A stretch of DNA of 64,000 bases from Cyanobacteria bacterium P01_A01_bin.123. Lineage in GTDB: Bacteria; Cyanobacteriota; Cyanobacteriia; Phormidesmidales; Phormidesmidaceae. Below, piece by piece: positions 9,570 to 19,452 of this stretch (the first letter of the stretch is position 1; every line of letters starts with the position of its first letter). Location of the stretch: NCBI GenBank assembly GCA_039815185.1, contig JBCBZT010000036.1, forward strand, positions 1 to 64,000, given 5' to 3'. The translations under genes and the position numbers were made by a program. The notes under the pieces were generated by a model. The model had not been told where the DNA came from. It saw nothing but the letters and a program-made list of their open reading frames with translations, and searched no databases.

Positions 9570-10373
9570 TTACGATCTTTGGAAGCGGAGTGCCTCAATC
9601 GACTGGGCTGTCAGAAATAGTCCGATCACAATGTAGCTGACGAATAAGGTCAAACTGCTCAAATCCAGAATGCCTTGGCCAAAGTCGGTGTAGTGACGCA
9701 AGAGCGACAGATGGGCGATCGCTTCGCCCACGCCTCCCTGCAACGACTGGGCGACCAAATCAATTACCCACAACAGCAGCACTAAGCCAAAGGTCATAAT
9801 CGCCGCCAGCACAGTACTTTCAGTCAGCGATGAGATAAACATGCCTAAGGACAAAATGCTCCCCGCCAGCAGCACCAAGCCAAAATGCCCCAAAAACAAG
9901 ACTAGGGGTTGAATCGGGGGGTCAGAAGCACTCAGCGCGATCGCCTCGCAGAACATCACCGGCAGCAGCAAAGTGATGTAAAAGGTCAACACAGCCAAGA
10001 ATTTTCCGAGCGCCACGGCCCAATTGGCAATCGGGGAGGTGGCTAACAGTTCCAGGGTGCCAAGCTTACGTTCATCGGTGTAGAGCCCCATGGAAAGGAT
10101 AGGCAAAATGAACATCGACAAAGATCCCAATAGCCCCAGATAACCCTTGAGAAACTCATAGGCGACATCCACATTGGCCGGAAACCCCGACTGATCGGCT
10201 TGGGCTACCTGGGCAATTAATCCCGCCGGACTCAACAGGGCAATGACTAAGAAAAAACCCCCAATGAGCCAGAATATCGTGGCCACCACATAGGACAAAG
10301 GCGACGAAAAATAGCTTTGCAGTTCTCGGCGGTAAATCGCAATCACGTTACCCACGACTAGATTGATTGCCAT
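9570..10373 (-). CDS. ABC-2 type permease (GldF-like)
   Basis: RRELQSYFSSP, ERKLGTLELLATSP, LGKF; six TM segments. Confidence 0.88.
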   Translation of the reverse strand: MAINLVVGNVIAIYRRELQSYFSSPLSYVVATIFWLIGGFFLVIALLSPAGLIAQVAQADQSGFPANVDVAYEFLKGYLGLLGSLSMFILPILSMGLYTDERKLGTLELLATSPIANWAVALGKFLAVLTFYITLLLPVMFCEAIALSASDPPIQPLVLFLGHFGLVLLAGSILSLGMFISSLTESTVLAAIMTFGLVLLLWVIDLVAQSLQGGVGEAIAHLSLLRHYTDFGQGILDLSSLTLFVSYIVIGLFLTAQSIEALRFQRS

Positions 10374-11533
10374 TAGCTCCCTTCTCCCTGGTGTGGCTCC
10401 TGATCGGTTATCGTCTCTAAATCCTGCGCCTCGTCTGGGTTTGAATCGCCCCCCGCTGAGTCAATCTCTTCGGAATCGGCCTCCCCTGAATCAAACATCG
10501 CGGCAACAGAAACCCCTGATTCAGCAGGCTGGATTTCTCTCTCTTGATCACCGTCATCGCTCTCAGCATCGCTGGCCTCAGGCTCCAATGTATCGACACC
10601 CGTGAGGTTGATAAAGACATCTTCTAAACTGACGCGATCGCGCTTCAACTCAAATAGTCCTAATCCTGCTTGAACGACTGCGGCGGCGATGTCACAACCT
10701 GGATCTACCGTAGACGGCGCCACCACTAAGAAGCGATGACGAGATTGATCGGTTGAGCCACTCTCTTCGATTGACTCAACCCGGTTGATATGGGTTAAGG
10801 TGCTGAGTTGCTGCTGAGCCACCCGCGGATCCCCCTGAATCTCGACTTCATAGGTGGTTTCCCCAGCTAACCGTGCCGTCAGTTCTTCGGGGCTATCGGT
10901 TGCCACAATGCGTCCTCGGTTGATAATCGTGACGCGATCGCAGGTCATGCTCACCTCAGGCAAGATATGAGTCGATAGGATGATCGTGTGCTTGCCCGCC
11001 AAACTTTTGATCAGATTTCGCACTTCAATGATCTGACGCGGATCCAGCCCCACGGTTGGCTCATCCAAAATAATGACCGGCGGGTTGTGTACGATCGCTT
11101 GGGCAATGCCCACCCGCTGGCGATAGCCCTTAGACAGCTTGCGAATCAATACCGTGCGTTTATCAACTAACCCACAGCGTTCAATTGCAGAGGTGACTTG
11201 TTGCGGGCGATCGCCCGCCGACACCCCTTTAATCCGGCCGACAAAATGCAAAAATCCTTCCACCGTCATCTCGGGATACAGCGGTGGACTTTCAGGCAAA
11301 TAGCCAATCCGTTGACGCACTGCCATCGAATCGGCGTGAACCTCATAGTTGGCCACCCGAGCCGTCCCCCCGGTTGCCGGTAGATAACCCGCCAAAATCC
11401 GCATCGTTGTGGTTTTGCCAGCACCATTAGGGCCTAGAAACCCTAAGATTTCTCCGGGTTCTACCCCAAAGGTGACATCCCGAATGGCTTCGGTGCTGCC
11501 ATAGGTTTTGCTAAGCTGCTCAACTTCAATCAT
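10373..11533 (-). CDS. ABC transporter ATP-binding protein (GldA-like)
   Basis: Walker A GPNGAGKTT, signature LSKGYRQRV, Walker B IILDEPT. Confidence 0.92.
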   Translation of the reverse strand: MIEVEQLSKTYGSTEAIRDVTFGVEPGEILGFLGPNGAGKTTTMRILAGYLPATGGTARVANYEVHADSMAVRQRIGYLPESPPLYPEMTVEGFLHFVGRIKGVSAGDRPQQVTSAIERCGLVDKRTVLIRKLSKGYRQRVGIAQAIVHNPPVIILDEPTVGLDPRQIIEVRNLIKSLAGKHTIILSTHILPEVSMTCDRVTIINRGRIVATDSPEELTARLAGETTYEVEIQGDPRVAQQQLSTLTHINRVESIEESGSTDQSRHRFLVVAPSTVDPGCDIAAAVVQAGLGLFELKRDRVSLEDVFINLTGVDTLEPEASDAESDDGDQEREIQPAESGVSVAAMFDSGEADSEEIDSAGGDSNPDEAQDLETITDQEPHQGEGS

Positions 11534-11932
11534 GCTAATGAGGCGCTGCTAACTCGCATAGGGCTTACGGACTTAACAAAACTTCAATGGATTGTTAGAT
11601 CCCTTGACTGTTACCGTCCCCCGCATTCAGGGGGATAGTTTGGCTCTAACCACTATCACTAGTGTTTGAACTTCGAAGCCAAGCAACTTTTGTTGCAGAC
11701 AAACATTATAAGAGCCAATTCAAAAATGTAACGTAGATTGTAAGTGCGGCAGACCTGTGTCAACACCATGACGCTTTTGTGTCATTCCGCTAATTACTCA
11801 ACCCGTCCTAGACTGAGAAAATCCGCCTAAACCACATCCGATTTGAAAACTGGCGTTTTATCCTCCAGGGAAAACGACTAGGATCTGGACGTGAACTAGC
11901 TATAGCCATCACCGATTCTGAGTTGCCAATCT

Positions 11933-12379
11933 GTGCAAGACCTTAAATTTTCTGCGCCATCCTTTGGCCCCGGCTTTTTCCTTACCTTCTTGTATTACTT
12001 CTCCAGCACCACTCTGCTGGCCTCACTAGTCGCTGCCCAGTCTTTGCATATCCCTTACGGCACAGGCATTCCTATGCAAATGGGCGCAGCCGTAGGGGTG
12101 TTTGGCGGGCTGCTAGGGGGATACTTAAATCGCTCCGCGACGATCACAGTGCCATTCACCAGCCGCAAACGGTTTCTCCCCCAACTCAATGCCACCCTAA
12201 CTGACATGGGCTACACCAAAACCAAAACGCTTGACGACGACAACGGTGAGATTTGGGTCTATCAGCGATCGATTCTACGACAGCTGCTCTCTGGTAAGAT
12301 TTATGTCCAGATGTCAGATAAAACCGCCACAATTACTAGCCGGATCGTTCATCTTCGTGGCATTAGGAAAGGGCTTTAG
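11933..12379 (+). CDS. Conserved hypothetical membrane protein
   Basis: 148-aa ORF with two hydrophobic segments (FLYYFSSTT, GVFGGLLGGYLN). Confidence 0.65.
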   Translation: MQDLKFSAPSFGPGFFLTFLYYFSSTTLLASLVAAQSLHIPYGTGIPMQMGAAVGVFGGLLGGYLNRSATITVPFTSRKRFLPQLNATLTDMGYTKTKTLDDDNGEIWVYQRSILRQLLSGKIYVQMSDKTATITSRIVHLRGIRKGL

Positions 12380-12470
12380 GTTAAGGCGGATGGGTGATCA
12401 GCAAGGTAGGAGGATCATTTGACGATAGTATGGGAATTAGTAAAGTCTTGCTTCCGGAGAGCGCTCGTCC

Positions 12471-12587
12471 ATGCTGACCCTTAAAATTGTGGTTTATATT
12501 GTGGTGGCCTTCTTTGTCGGGCTATTTATTTTTGGTTTCTTGAGTGGAGACCCTTCCCGCAACCCTGGCAATCAAGACCTCGAATAA
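12471..12587 (+). CDS. psbI: Photosystem II reaction centre protein I (not in the ORF track)
   Basis: Translated by hand: [38 protein letters not shown], 38 aa, matching the PsbI consensus. Confidence 0.95.
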   Translation: MLTLKIVVYIVVAFFVGLFIFGFLSGDPSRNPGNQDLE

Positions 12588-12684
12588 TCTGATCGTCCCT
12601 TTCGGAACAATAGTTCAAAGGCTTGATTCAGATTGATTAGCCCGCACTGTCGGGCTATCTTTTTGACCATTTTTGTGCCTGCCC

Positions 12685-15087
12685 ATGCCGTATCCGGTGA
12701 TTCCGCCTGAACCTCCTGCCACGGTTCAAGTGCCCCAACTTGAAATTGTGCAGTCGCTGCCAATCACTGATGCGCATTTAGACACAGCGGTTGATCCGGT
12801 TGTCCTGACTGAAGTACTGCTGCCACCTGATTCAATGGCTGAGGTAGGGGTGCTTGAAGTGGGGGGCAATGATCAAGGATCTGTAGGGGAAGGCGATCGC
12901 AGGTGGGTTATCCAAACCAATCCATCCCCCAATCCAACGCCACGGCTAGCGGGCAATGCTTCGTTTCTGACATCAGAGTCGATCTCGCCCCCCCCTACCG
13001 CTGACGTGTTAGGCCAGCCTTTAGAATTCCGAGCACCTGGTATACCCGCTAGAGAATCACCGACAAGCTTGCCCTCCTCACGCTCAGCACAAAGTCAAAC
13101 GCTGCCCCCTGCAAATGGCCCATCTTCGCGACTTTGGATTGATGGCGGGGTACGTTCCCCTATTGCAGTTGAGGATACAGAGCCTCCAGAACCGGCAGAA
13201 TCCCCAGAACCGGCAGAACCTACGGAACCTACTGACGACACGTCTGATGACTCCCAAGCGGATGCACCTGCCCCGGTACACATCTGGGCTAACCAACAAA
13301 CTTATGACCAATTTCGCCAGGTGGTGAATGCCAGTGGTGAGGTCGTGCTGCGATCTGGAGACGCGATACTCGATGCCGATCGGCTGTGGCTGAATTTACT
13401 GAACCGGATTACGGTAGCTGAAGGGAATGTGGCGTTGAATCGTGGCGGTCAGGTGATTCGTGGCGATCGCGCAGAATATAACCTGCTGCAAGAAACGGGT
13501 GTGCTTTACAATGCCCGCGGCGAACTCTTCTTACCCACGCTAAGCGAAGACTTTTCTAATCCCCCTTCTAATGATGTGGCCGCTCAGGCGACGATTCCCC
13601 TCAGCGATCGCATCTTATCGAATCAACCGTTAACCGATGTGACTAACCCCGGCAATTTTGAAGCTGGGTTCGGGACGACGTCTCCCGAAAGTGGTAGCGT
13701 TCGTCGTTTACGATTTGAAGCGGCTTCACTTCAGCTCACCGAAGAGGGTTGGGAAGCGACGGATATCACCCTCACGAACGACCCATTCTCGCCCCCAGAA
13801 CTGGAGTTTCGGGCGGAGAGTGCCCAACTCGTTAACCTTTCGGTTGAAGAAGACGAGCTCAGATTGTCTCGCGCCCGCACCGTCTTTGACCAAGGGTTTA
13901 GCATTCCAATCCCTGTCAACCGGATTTTGCTGAGACGGGGAGAAGTAGACACCAATGAGCTTAACCCACTACCCACAGGCATTGGCATTGACGATCGAGA
14001 CCGGGGTGGATTATTCATTGAGCGCAGCCTTCGGGTGCCAACAAGTGGGAATTTGAACCTAACAATCACCCCTCAGTTCTACGTTTCGCGGTTTGTCAGT
14101 GATCCAGATTTTTCAGATTTGTCTGTTTATGGCATTGTGGGTGATCTATCAGGCGTATTAAGCCCGACAACGACCTTTCGAGCAGCCGGAAATCTGCCTG
14201 GCTTGAATCCAGACGATATTGGCAATCGCTTGCGGGCCAGCGTTCGGGCTCAACAATTGCTCGGGCAACATGTTTTAGCGCTGGAATATTCTTACCGCAA
14301 TCGCCTATTTAATGGCTCCCTTGGGTTTCAGGACGTACAAAGCTCTGTAGGTGGCGTGTTAACCTCTCCTGTCTTTCAGCTTGGGGATACGGGTATCAAT
14401 CTCAGTTATCAAGTTGGGGCCCAATACGTGACTGCGGAAACCGACCTGTCCAGTTTGCTCTCACCCAACCGCCGGGATGATTTGGTGACCTTAGGGCGAT
14501 TTCAGGGGAGTGTTTTTCTCAGCAGGGGCTTTACCCTGTGGCGGGGGGAAGGGCTACCCGCGACGCCTGATCAAGGACTACGCTACAGCCCCAGCCCCGT
14601 AATTCCCGCTGTCGGGTTATCCCTTGGTTTACGAGGAGTGGCCACTTATTACACCAGCGATCAGGTGCAACAGGTGGTGACAGGCACGATTGCTATTAAT
14701 GGTCAGTTCGGGCATTTTTCGCGTCAAACTTTTGACTATACTCGGGTAAATCTCGCGTTTTCTCAGGACTTTATAGGCGGGGAGGAATCGCCTTTTTTGT
14801 TCGATCGCAATGCCGATAATACAGTCCTCTCAGGGGGCATTGTGCAGCAAATTTATGGGCCCGTGCGAGCTGGCGTTCAGGCCTCAATTAACTTGAGTTC
14901 GGGGGAACAAATTAACACAGACTACATTTTGGAATACAGCCGCCGCACCTATGGATTTGTGATCCGCTATAACGCATCACAAGGCTCTGGATTTATCGGC
15001 TTTCGATTGAGTGATTTTAACTGGTCAGGTAGCCCAGATTCCTTTGGAGGAGGCGTGCGACCCGTCAGTGGTGGGGTGATTCAATAG
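12685..15087 (+). CDS. DUF3769 / LptD-like outer-membrane protein
   Basis: OstA-like beta-jellyroll (ADRLWLNL..RITVAEGNVAL), TNDPFSPPELE, C-terminal barrel (EYSRRTYG..RY); adjacent to psbI. Confidence 0.8.
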   Translation: MPYPVIPPEPPATVQVPQLEIVQSLPITDAHLDTAVDPVVLTEVLLPPDSMAEVGVLEVGGNDQGSVGEGDRRWVIQTNPSPNPTPRLAGNASFLTSESISPPPTADVLGQPLEFRAPGIPARESPTSLPSSRSAQSQTLPPANGPSSRLWIDGGVRSPIAVEDTEPPEPAESPEPAEPTEPTDDTSDDSQADAPAPVHIWANQQTYDQFRQVVNASGEVVLRSGDAILDADRLWLNLLNRITVAEGNVALNRGGQVIRGDRAEYNLLQETGVLYNARGELFLPTLSEDFSNPPSNDVAAQATIPLSDRILSNQPLTDVTNPGNFEAGFGTTSPESGSVRRLRFEAASLQLTEEGWEATDITLTNDPFSPPELEFRAESAQLVNLSVEEDELRLSRARTVFDQGFSIPIPVNRILLRRGEVDTNELNPLPTGIGIDDRDRGGLFIERSLRVPTSGNLNLTITPQFYVSRFVSDPDFSDLSVYGIVGDLSGVLSPTTTFRAAGNLPGLNPDDIGNRLRASVRAQQLLGQHVLALEYSYRNRLFNGSLGFQDVQSSVGGVLTSPVFQLGDTGINLSYQVGAQYVTAETDLSSLLSPNRRDDLVTLGRFQGSVFLSRGFTLWRGEGLPATPDQGLRYSPSPVIPAVGLSLGLRGVATYYTSDQVQQVVTGTIAINGQFGHFSRQTFDYTRVNLAFSQDFIGGEESPFLFDRNADNTVLSGGIVQQIYGPVRAGVQASINLSSGEQINTDYILEYSRRTYGFVIRYNASQGSGFIGFRLSDFNWSGSPDSFGGGVRPVSGGVIQ

Positions 15088-15096
15088 GTCTATGCC

Positions 15097-15110
15097 AGAA
15101 TAGATGTACT
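15097..15110. promoter_or_regulatory. Putative cyanobacterial LexA box
   Basis: AGAATAGATGTACT; reverse complement AGTACATCTATTCT has one mismatch to RGTACNNNDGTWCB. Confidence 0.45.
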
Positions 15111-15198
15111 GAGATTGAATGCAAGGTCTATACTCCTAAGTGAGGGTAGCCTTTAGATCAAGGCAGCGGAGACCGTTGTCCCTTCAGACTGCATTGCG

Positions 15199-16008
15199 AT
15201 GACTCCAGTAACCCTAGATCCTAATTTAGAACAGGCAATCGCGCTATTGGAACACTATAGCTTTGACCTGTCGGGGTTTTCTGCGACGAGTTTGGTCTAC
15301 AGTTGGCAACAACACGCCACCTCTACCTGGATTCGCGATGCGGTGATCGAAGCCCTATATCAGGGACGCTATAAGGCGGTTTCGGTGGGGCAGGTTTTGT
15401 TGATGTGGTCGCGGCGCGGCCAGCCTTTGCGCCACTTCACTATAGACTTTAATCGGATGGTTTGTAGCCCCCTCGATCCTCGACTCAGTGCGGGGCTGGG
15501 TGCGGCCAATACCGATACTACCAAAGCATTCCAAGCCGATAGCTCTGGGTCTAATCCCTCAGCAGTCAATTCTGATCGGGCAATTGACCACGGTGCCGCT
15601 GAAGCAAGCCCTGTTCAACCTGCGAAAGGGAATGATTCGCTGACGCGATTTAAGCAGCTTGCGTCTCCCAGTAAGGTCAATACCCCCGTTCTTCCCTTGT
15701 CTACGACTCATTCACCATCTCAACCCAAGCTGGTCAGCCAAACTGAGCGGCTCAGGGAAGCGATCGCAGCGGCAGATGCTACCGATCCCAAAACGATTAA
15801 TTGGCCCATGGGCGACACTGACGAGCGTTCAGTCACGCCCCCTAATGAACCACCCCTTGCGACCCACCAGATGAGCCAGCTGCTGGCGTCTTCCTCTCCT
15901 CTGCAACCCCAAGAACCCATTCGCCAGTTTGTGCCACCTCGCCAAGGGTCGGTATTTTATAGCAAGCTAAAGTCGGTCACCCTGCCGTCAAAGGGAGAGA
16001 ACGCTTAA
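15199..16008 (+). CDS. Conserved cyanobacterial hypothetical protein
   Basis: LLEHYSFDL..WIRDAVIEALYQGRYKAVSV N-domain, low-complexity middle, FYSKLK C-terminal motif. Confidence 0.75.
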   Translation: MTPVTLDPNLEQAIALLEHYSFDLSGFSATSLVYSWQQHATSTWIRDAVIEALYQGRYKAVSVGQVLLMWSRRGQPLRHFTIDFNRMVCSPLDPRLSAGLGAANTDTTKAFQADSSGSNPSAVNSDRAIDHGAAEASPVQPAKGNDSLTRFKQLASPSKVNTPVLPLSTTHSPSQPKLVSQTERLREAIAAADATDPKTINWPMGDTDERSVTPPNEPPLATHQMSQLLASSSPLQPQEPIRQFVPPRQGSVFYSKLKSVTLPSKGENA

Positions 16009-16044
16009 GCCAGAGGGCTTAATGCAGACTTCTCCTTACAAACT

Positions 16045-16058
16045 AGAACACGTATACT
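16045..16058. promoter_or_regulatory. Putative cyanobacterial LexA box
   Basis: AGAACACGTATACT; reverse complement AGTATACGTGTTCT has one mismatch to RGTACNNNDGTWCB; lies 38 bp before the ATG. Confidence 0.45.
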
Positions 16059-16096
16059 AAAGGGGACAGTAAAGGCCGCCATTCCCCTGCATCCCT

Positions 16097-17062
16097 ATGG
16101 CAAAATCTCGCAAGCTGGAGTCACTTCAAGCTTCGATTAACGCGGTTCGCCACCAACTAGCCCCTGCCACAGATGAGGCCATTGCGACACTGCGGAGCGT
16201 TCTCGCCAGCAAACAACCCATCGCGATCGCTCAGATTGCCAAGTTGGTTAACCAGTACCACCTCACCGAGTTGATCCCCCTACTGGCCCACGAGTTTGAA
16301 CGCATGCTGATTAAAGGTGCGAGTACTGACCCCAGCTGTATTGCTAAAAAAGCGATCGCCAACACCCTCTATCGACTGGAATATGCTGAAACAGAGCTGT
16401 TTTTGAACGGCATTCACCATCGCCAAAGGGAACCCGTGTGGGGAACCACGGTCGATACAGCTCCGGGTTTACGCGCGATTTGTGCTCTCGCCCTAGTTCG
16501 AGTCCACTACCGCGAGATTATGGTGGAACTGGCCGATCTGCTAGCTGATACTGAAGTTGAAGCCCGCATTGGGGCCGCCCGTGCCATTGCCTACAGCGAA
16601 AATCCCCAAGGTATTCCGCTACTGCGGCTTAAAGTCCATCTGGGGGATGAGGAGCCACAAGTGTTATCAGAATGCTTTATGGCCTTGCTCAAAATGGCCC
16701 CCCAGCAATCCTTTCCACTGGTAGCTCCCTTTTTAGAGGGCTTCGAACCCGCGATTTGTGAACTTGCAGCCCTAGCCTTGGGTGAAGCACGGATTCCGGA
16801 AGCATTTGCAGCGATTAAGCGAGCCTGGCAACGAGCCCATGAATCAGAGCTACGGCAGAATCTCTTACTGGCGATCGCAACGCTGCGCACAGACGATGCG
16901 ATTCAGTTTTTGACAGGTTTGATAGAACGGGGAAATTTGGAGGATGCTAAGGGCGCGATCGCAGCCCTGCGAATTTATCGAGATATCGATGAAATTTGGC
17001 AACAGGTGGAAGCAACCACTCGTTTGAGAGGAGATGGCACCCTCGTAAACAAACTGAAATAA
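16097..17062 (+). CDS. HEAT-repeat protein
   Basis: LADTEVEARIGAARAI, ELAALALGE, LLAIATLR repeats. Confidence 0.8.
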   Translation: MAKSRKLESLQASINAVRHQLAPATDEAIATLRSVLASKQPIAIAQIAKLVNQYHLTELIPLLAHEFERMLIKGASTDPSCIAKKAIANTLYRLEYAETELFLNGIHHRQREPVWGTTVDTAPGLRAICALALVRVHYREIMVELADLLADTEVEARIGAARAIAYSENPQGIPLLRLKVHLGDEEPQVLSECFMALLKMAPQQSFPLVAPFLEGFEPAICELAALALGEARIPEAFAAIKRAWQRAHESELRQNLLLAIATLRTDDAIQFLTGLIERGNLEDAKGAIAALRIYRDIDEIWQQVEATTRLRGDGTLVNKLK

Positions 17063-17122
17063 ACAATCCATCACCACAAGCTGCCAGGCACTCACCCGTT
17101 TCCCCATCCAGAACTAGAGTTT

Positions 17123-17223
17123 TATAGTGCTGGCCAGATTGCTTAATGCACCTAATATCGCTGGGATGCTCAACACACAGGCAATCTGGCTCGCCGTAGC
17201 GCACAAAGCTTTGTAGCTACGGC
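17123..17223. repeat. Dispersed palindromic repeat, copy 2 (hairpins A+B)
   Basis: tatagtgctggccagattgctt...ggcaatctggc followed by gccgtagcgcacaaagctttgtagctacggc. Confidence 0.8.
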
Positions 17224-17281
17224 TATACTTGCAGGAAACGCCAGATCCCAAGCTGGACAAGGATCCCAATCGGGATGAGGT

Positions 17282-18634
17282 TTATGCGTTAGGACTGGCC
17301 AAATTACGAAAGCGCGTGAATTGGGGTTCAAACAATAGCTTCACCGTGCCAACTGGACCATTACGGTGTTTTGTGATGATCACCTCTGCAATACCGCGAT
17401 CGGGCGTATCAGGGTCGTAATATTCTTCCCGATACAGCATCATCACTAAATCTGCATCCTGCTCAATCGATCCTGATTCCCTCAAATCACTCATCATCGG
17501 GCGCTTATTGGTGCGCGACTCCACACCCCGACTCAGCTGCGACAGCGCAATGATCGGGACGTTGAGTTCGCGGGCAAGGCCTTTCAGCGATCGCGTAATT
17601 TTTGACAGCTCCTGCACCCGGTTTTCGCTACCGCTGCCTTCCATCAACTGTAAATAGTCAATCAAAATCAAGCCCAAGGCTCCCCCTTGCTCAGCCTGGA
17701 GCCGCCGCGCCTTAGAACGCATTTCCGTCACCGCAATATTCGGCGTATCGTCAATAAAAACAGGCAGTTGAGAGAGGGCGCTAATCGCGTGCCCCAGAGG
17801 TTCCCACTCATGTTGGGCAATGCGTCCGGCGCGCAGGCGACCGCTTTCGATCTGTGCTTCACTCGAAAGCAGACGGTACACCAGTTGCGCCTTCGACATC
17901 TCCAAACTAAACAACACCACAGGCAATTTATGCATCACTGAAATGTTGCGGGCAATCCCCAAGATGAGCGCAGTTTTTCCCATCGAGGGTCTCCCAGCTG
18001 CAATGATCAAATCAGAGCGCTGAAACCCTTGGGTCATGGCATCCAGGTCATAAAAGCCACAAGCCACACCGGGCAAGACCATTCCCAGCGATCGCTGTTC
18101 GATGTCCGCAAAGGTATCGGTCAAAATGTCGGCAGCAGAGGATAATCCCTGCTGAGGCCGAGACTGGGTAATTCCAAATAGCGTCTGCTCGGCTTGATCG
18201 AGCACCGTTTCCAGGGGAGATGCCGTTTCATACCCCATTTGGACAATGTTGCCGCCCGCCTGAATCAGCTTGCGACGCATGTACTTATCCATCACCAGGG
18301 TGGCGTACTGATCGATGTTGGCAGCAGTGACGGTGCGATCTAGCAGCTGAGCGAGGCGGCTTTGGCCCCCCACCTTATCTAAGCGATCGTTATCTTTGAG
18401 CCAAGTGGTGAGGCTCATCAAGTCTGTGGGTTGCCCCTGATGATGAAGCTCCAGAGCGGCCCGATAAATGTCTCGGTGAGCACCGATGTAAAACGCATCG
18501 GGTTCCAGTACCTCAAGCACACGACCCATGGCTTCTGGATCGAGCAAAATGCCGCCCAAGATCACCTCTTCGGCATCAATGTTTTGGGGCGGGAGGCGAT
18601 CGCTCGCCGTCTGAAAACTAAGTTCTTGAACCAT
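17282..18634 (-). CDS. dnaB: Replicative DNA helicase (no intein)
   Basis: PPQNIDAEE..LG, AGRPSMGKT, FSLEMS, IDYLQLM, SDLRESGSIEQDAD, KHRNGPVG. Confidence 0.97.
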   Translation of the reverse strand: MVQELSFQTASDRLPPQNIDAEEVILGGILLDPEAMGRVLEVLEPDAFYIGAHRDIYRAALELHHQGQPTDLMSLTTWLKDNDRLDKVGGQSRLAQLLDRTVTAANIDQYATLVMDKYMRRKLIQAGGNIVQMGYETASPLETVLDQAEQTLFGITQSRPQQGLSSAADILTDTFADIEQRSLGMVLPGVACGFYDLDAMTQGFQRSDLIIAAGRPSMGKTALILGIARNISVMHKLPVVLFSLEMSKAQLVYRLLSSEAQIESGRLRAGRIAQHEWEPLGHAISALSQLPVFIDDTPNIAVTEMRSKARRLQAEQGGALGLILIDYLQLMEGSGSENRVQELSKITRSLKGLARELNVPIIALSQLSRGVESRTNKRPMMSDLRESGSIEQDADLVMMLYREEYYDPDTPDRGIAEVIITKHRNGPVGTVKLLFEPQFTRFRNLASPNA

Positions 18635-18887
18635 AACCCATATACAAAAGGGCGAGATCAACCTTGACTGCACCCAGAGTTTCAACCTTTCTGAACTAAA
18701 AGCTCAATGCCTTCAATCGGATGCGGTTATATCTCGCCCTTCACCATAACGAATATTGTTGGGTAGCGCTGGAGGTTCTGCCGCAAAAAGAATATAACGT
18801 TATGGCAGCCCCATCACCTAGGGCATATCATCCATTAAACGCGAAAAGCTTTATGGCTGAGCCTTGCTACGCCCGACCCAATTAAAC

Positions 18888-18953
18888 AAACTAGAGGCTG
18901 TAACCGTTGTTCTAAAAGCAATGAACAATCTAATTGATGACAGCCTCTAGTTT
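18888..18953. repeat. 66-bp element with perfect 14-bp terminal inverted repeats
   Basis: aaactagaggctgt ... acagcctctagttt, with an inner ttgttc/gaacaa pair. Confidence 0.65.
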
Positions 18954-19044
18954 AAGAATTACGCTGATAGGCCAAAGCTATGATGGATGAACGAGATTTC
19001 TCCTGTGAGATCGTGACGCTTGAATTCACTTGCATGACATAAAG

Positions 19045-19452
19045 ATGGTCAGCCTAAACGCGAATCCGTTGACTGTCGAGGCCGTTCAGTCAGTCCTTGA
19101 GCAGTGGCCAACTGCGAATCACAACGTTCACGGCAATCAGTTCAGCACGATGACTGATGTTTGGCAGGATTATCAGCGGCTGATGGAGGTTTACTGCGTT
19201 GTCAAGGCAGGTGGGGTAGCGGTTCAGGTTGAAGCGGCCCAAGCCCTGCTGCAACGGGAAACCACTCTTCTAGAAGCTGAGATTGCGACTTTATTCCCTG
19301 AGGAAACCCATCACCGGGCAGCGATGCTACGCCAAGAAATCCAGGATCTCAAGAATTCGGTGCACTGGCGGATTGAACAACTGCAGCAAATTTTGCCTGA
19401 AGAGGAAGCGGTGGTTAGGGGGGTAATTGTCGCGATTGAGGCTCGGTTATAG
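19045..19452 (+). CDS. Hypothetical helical protein
   Basis: ORF with coiled-coil-like composition converging on nnr; no family recognised. Confidence 0.5.
   Translation: MVSLNANPLTVEAVQSVLEQWPTANHNVHGNQFSTMTDVWQDYQRLMEVYCVVKAGGVAVQVEAAQALLQRETTLLEAEIATLFPEETHHRAAMLRQEIQDLKNSVHWRIEQLQQILPEEEAVVRGVIVAIEARL

Noticed and set aside
17282..18634. Intein in DnaB
   Set aside because: The protein is 450 aa and RESGSIEQDAD is uninterrupted.
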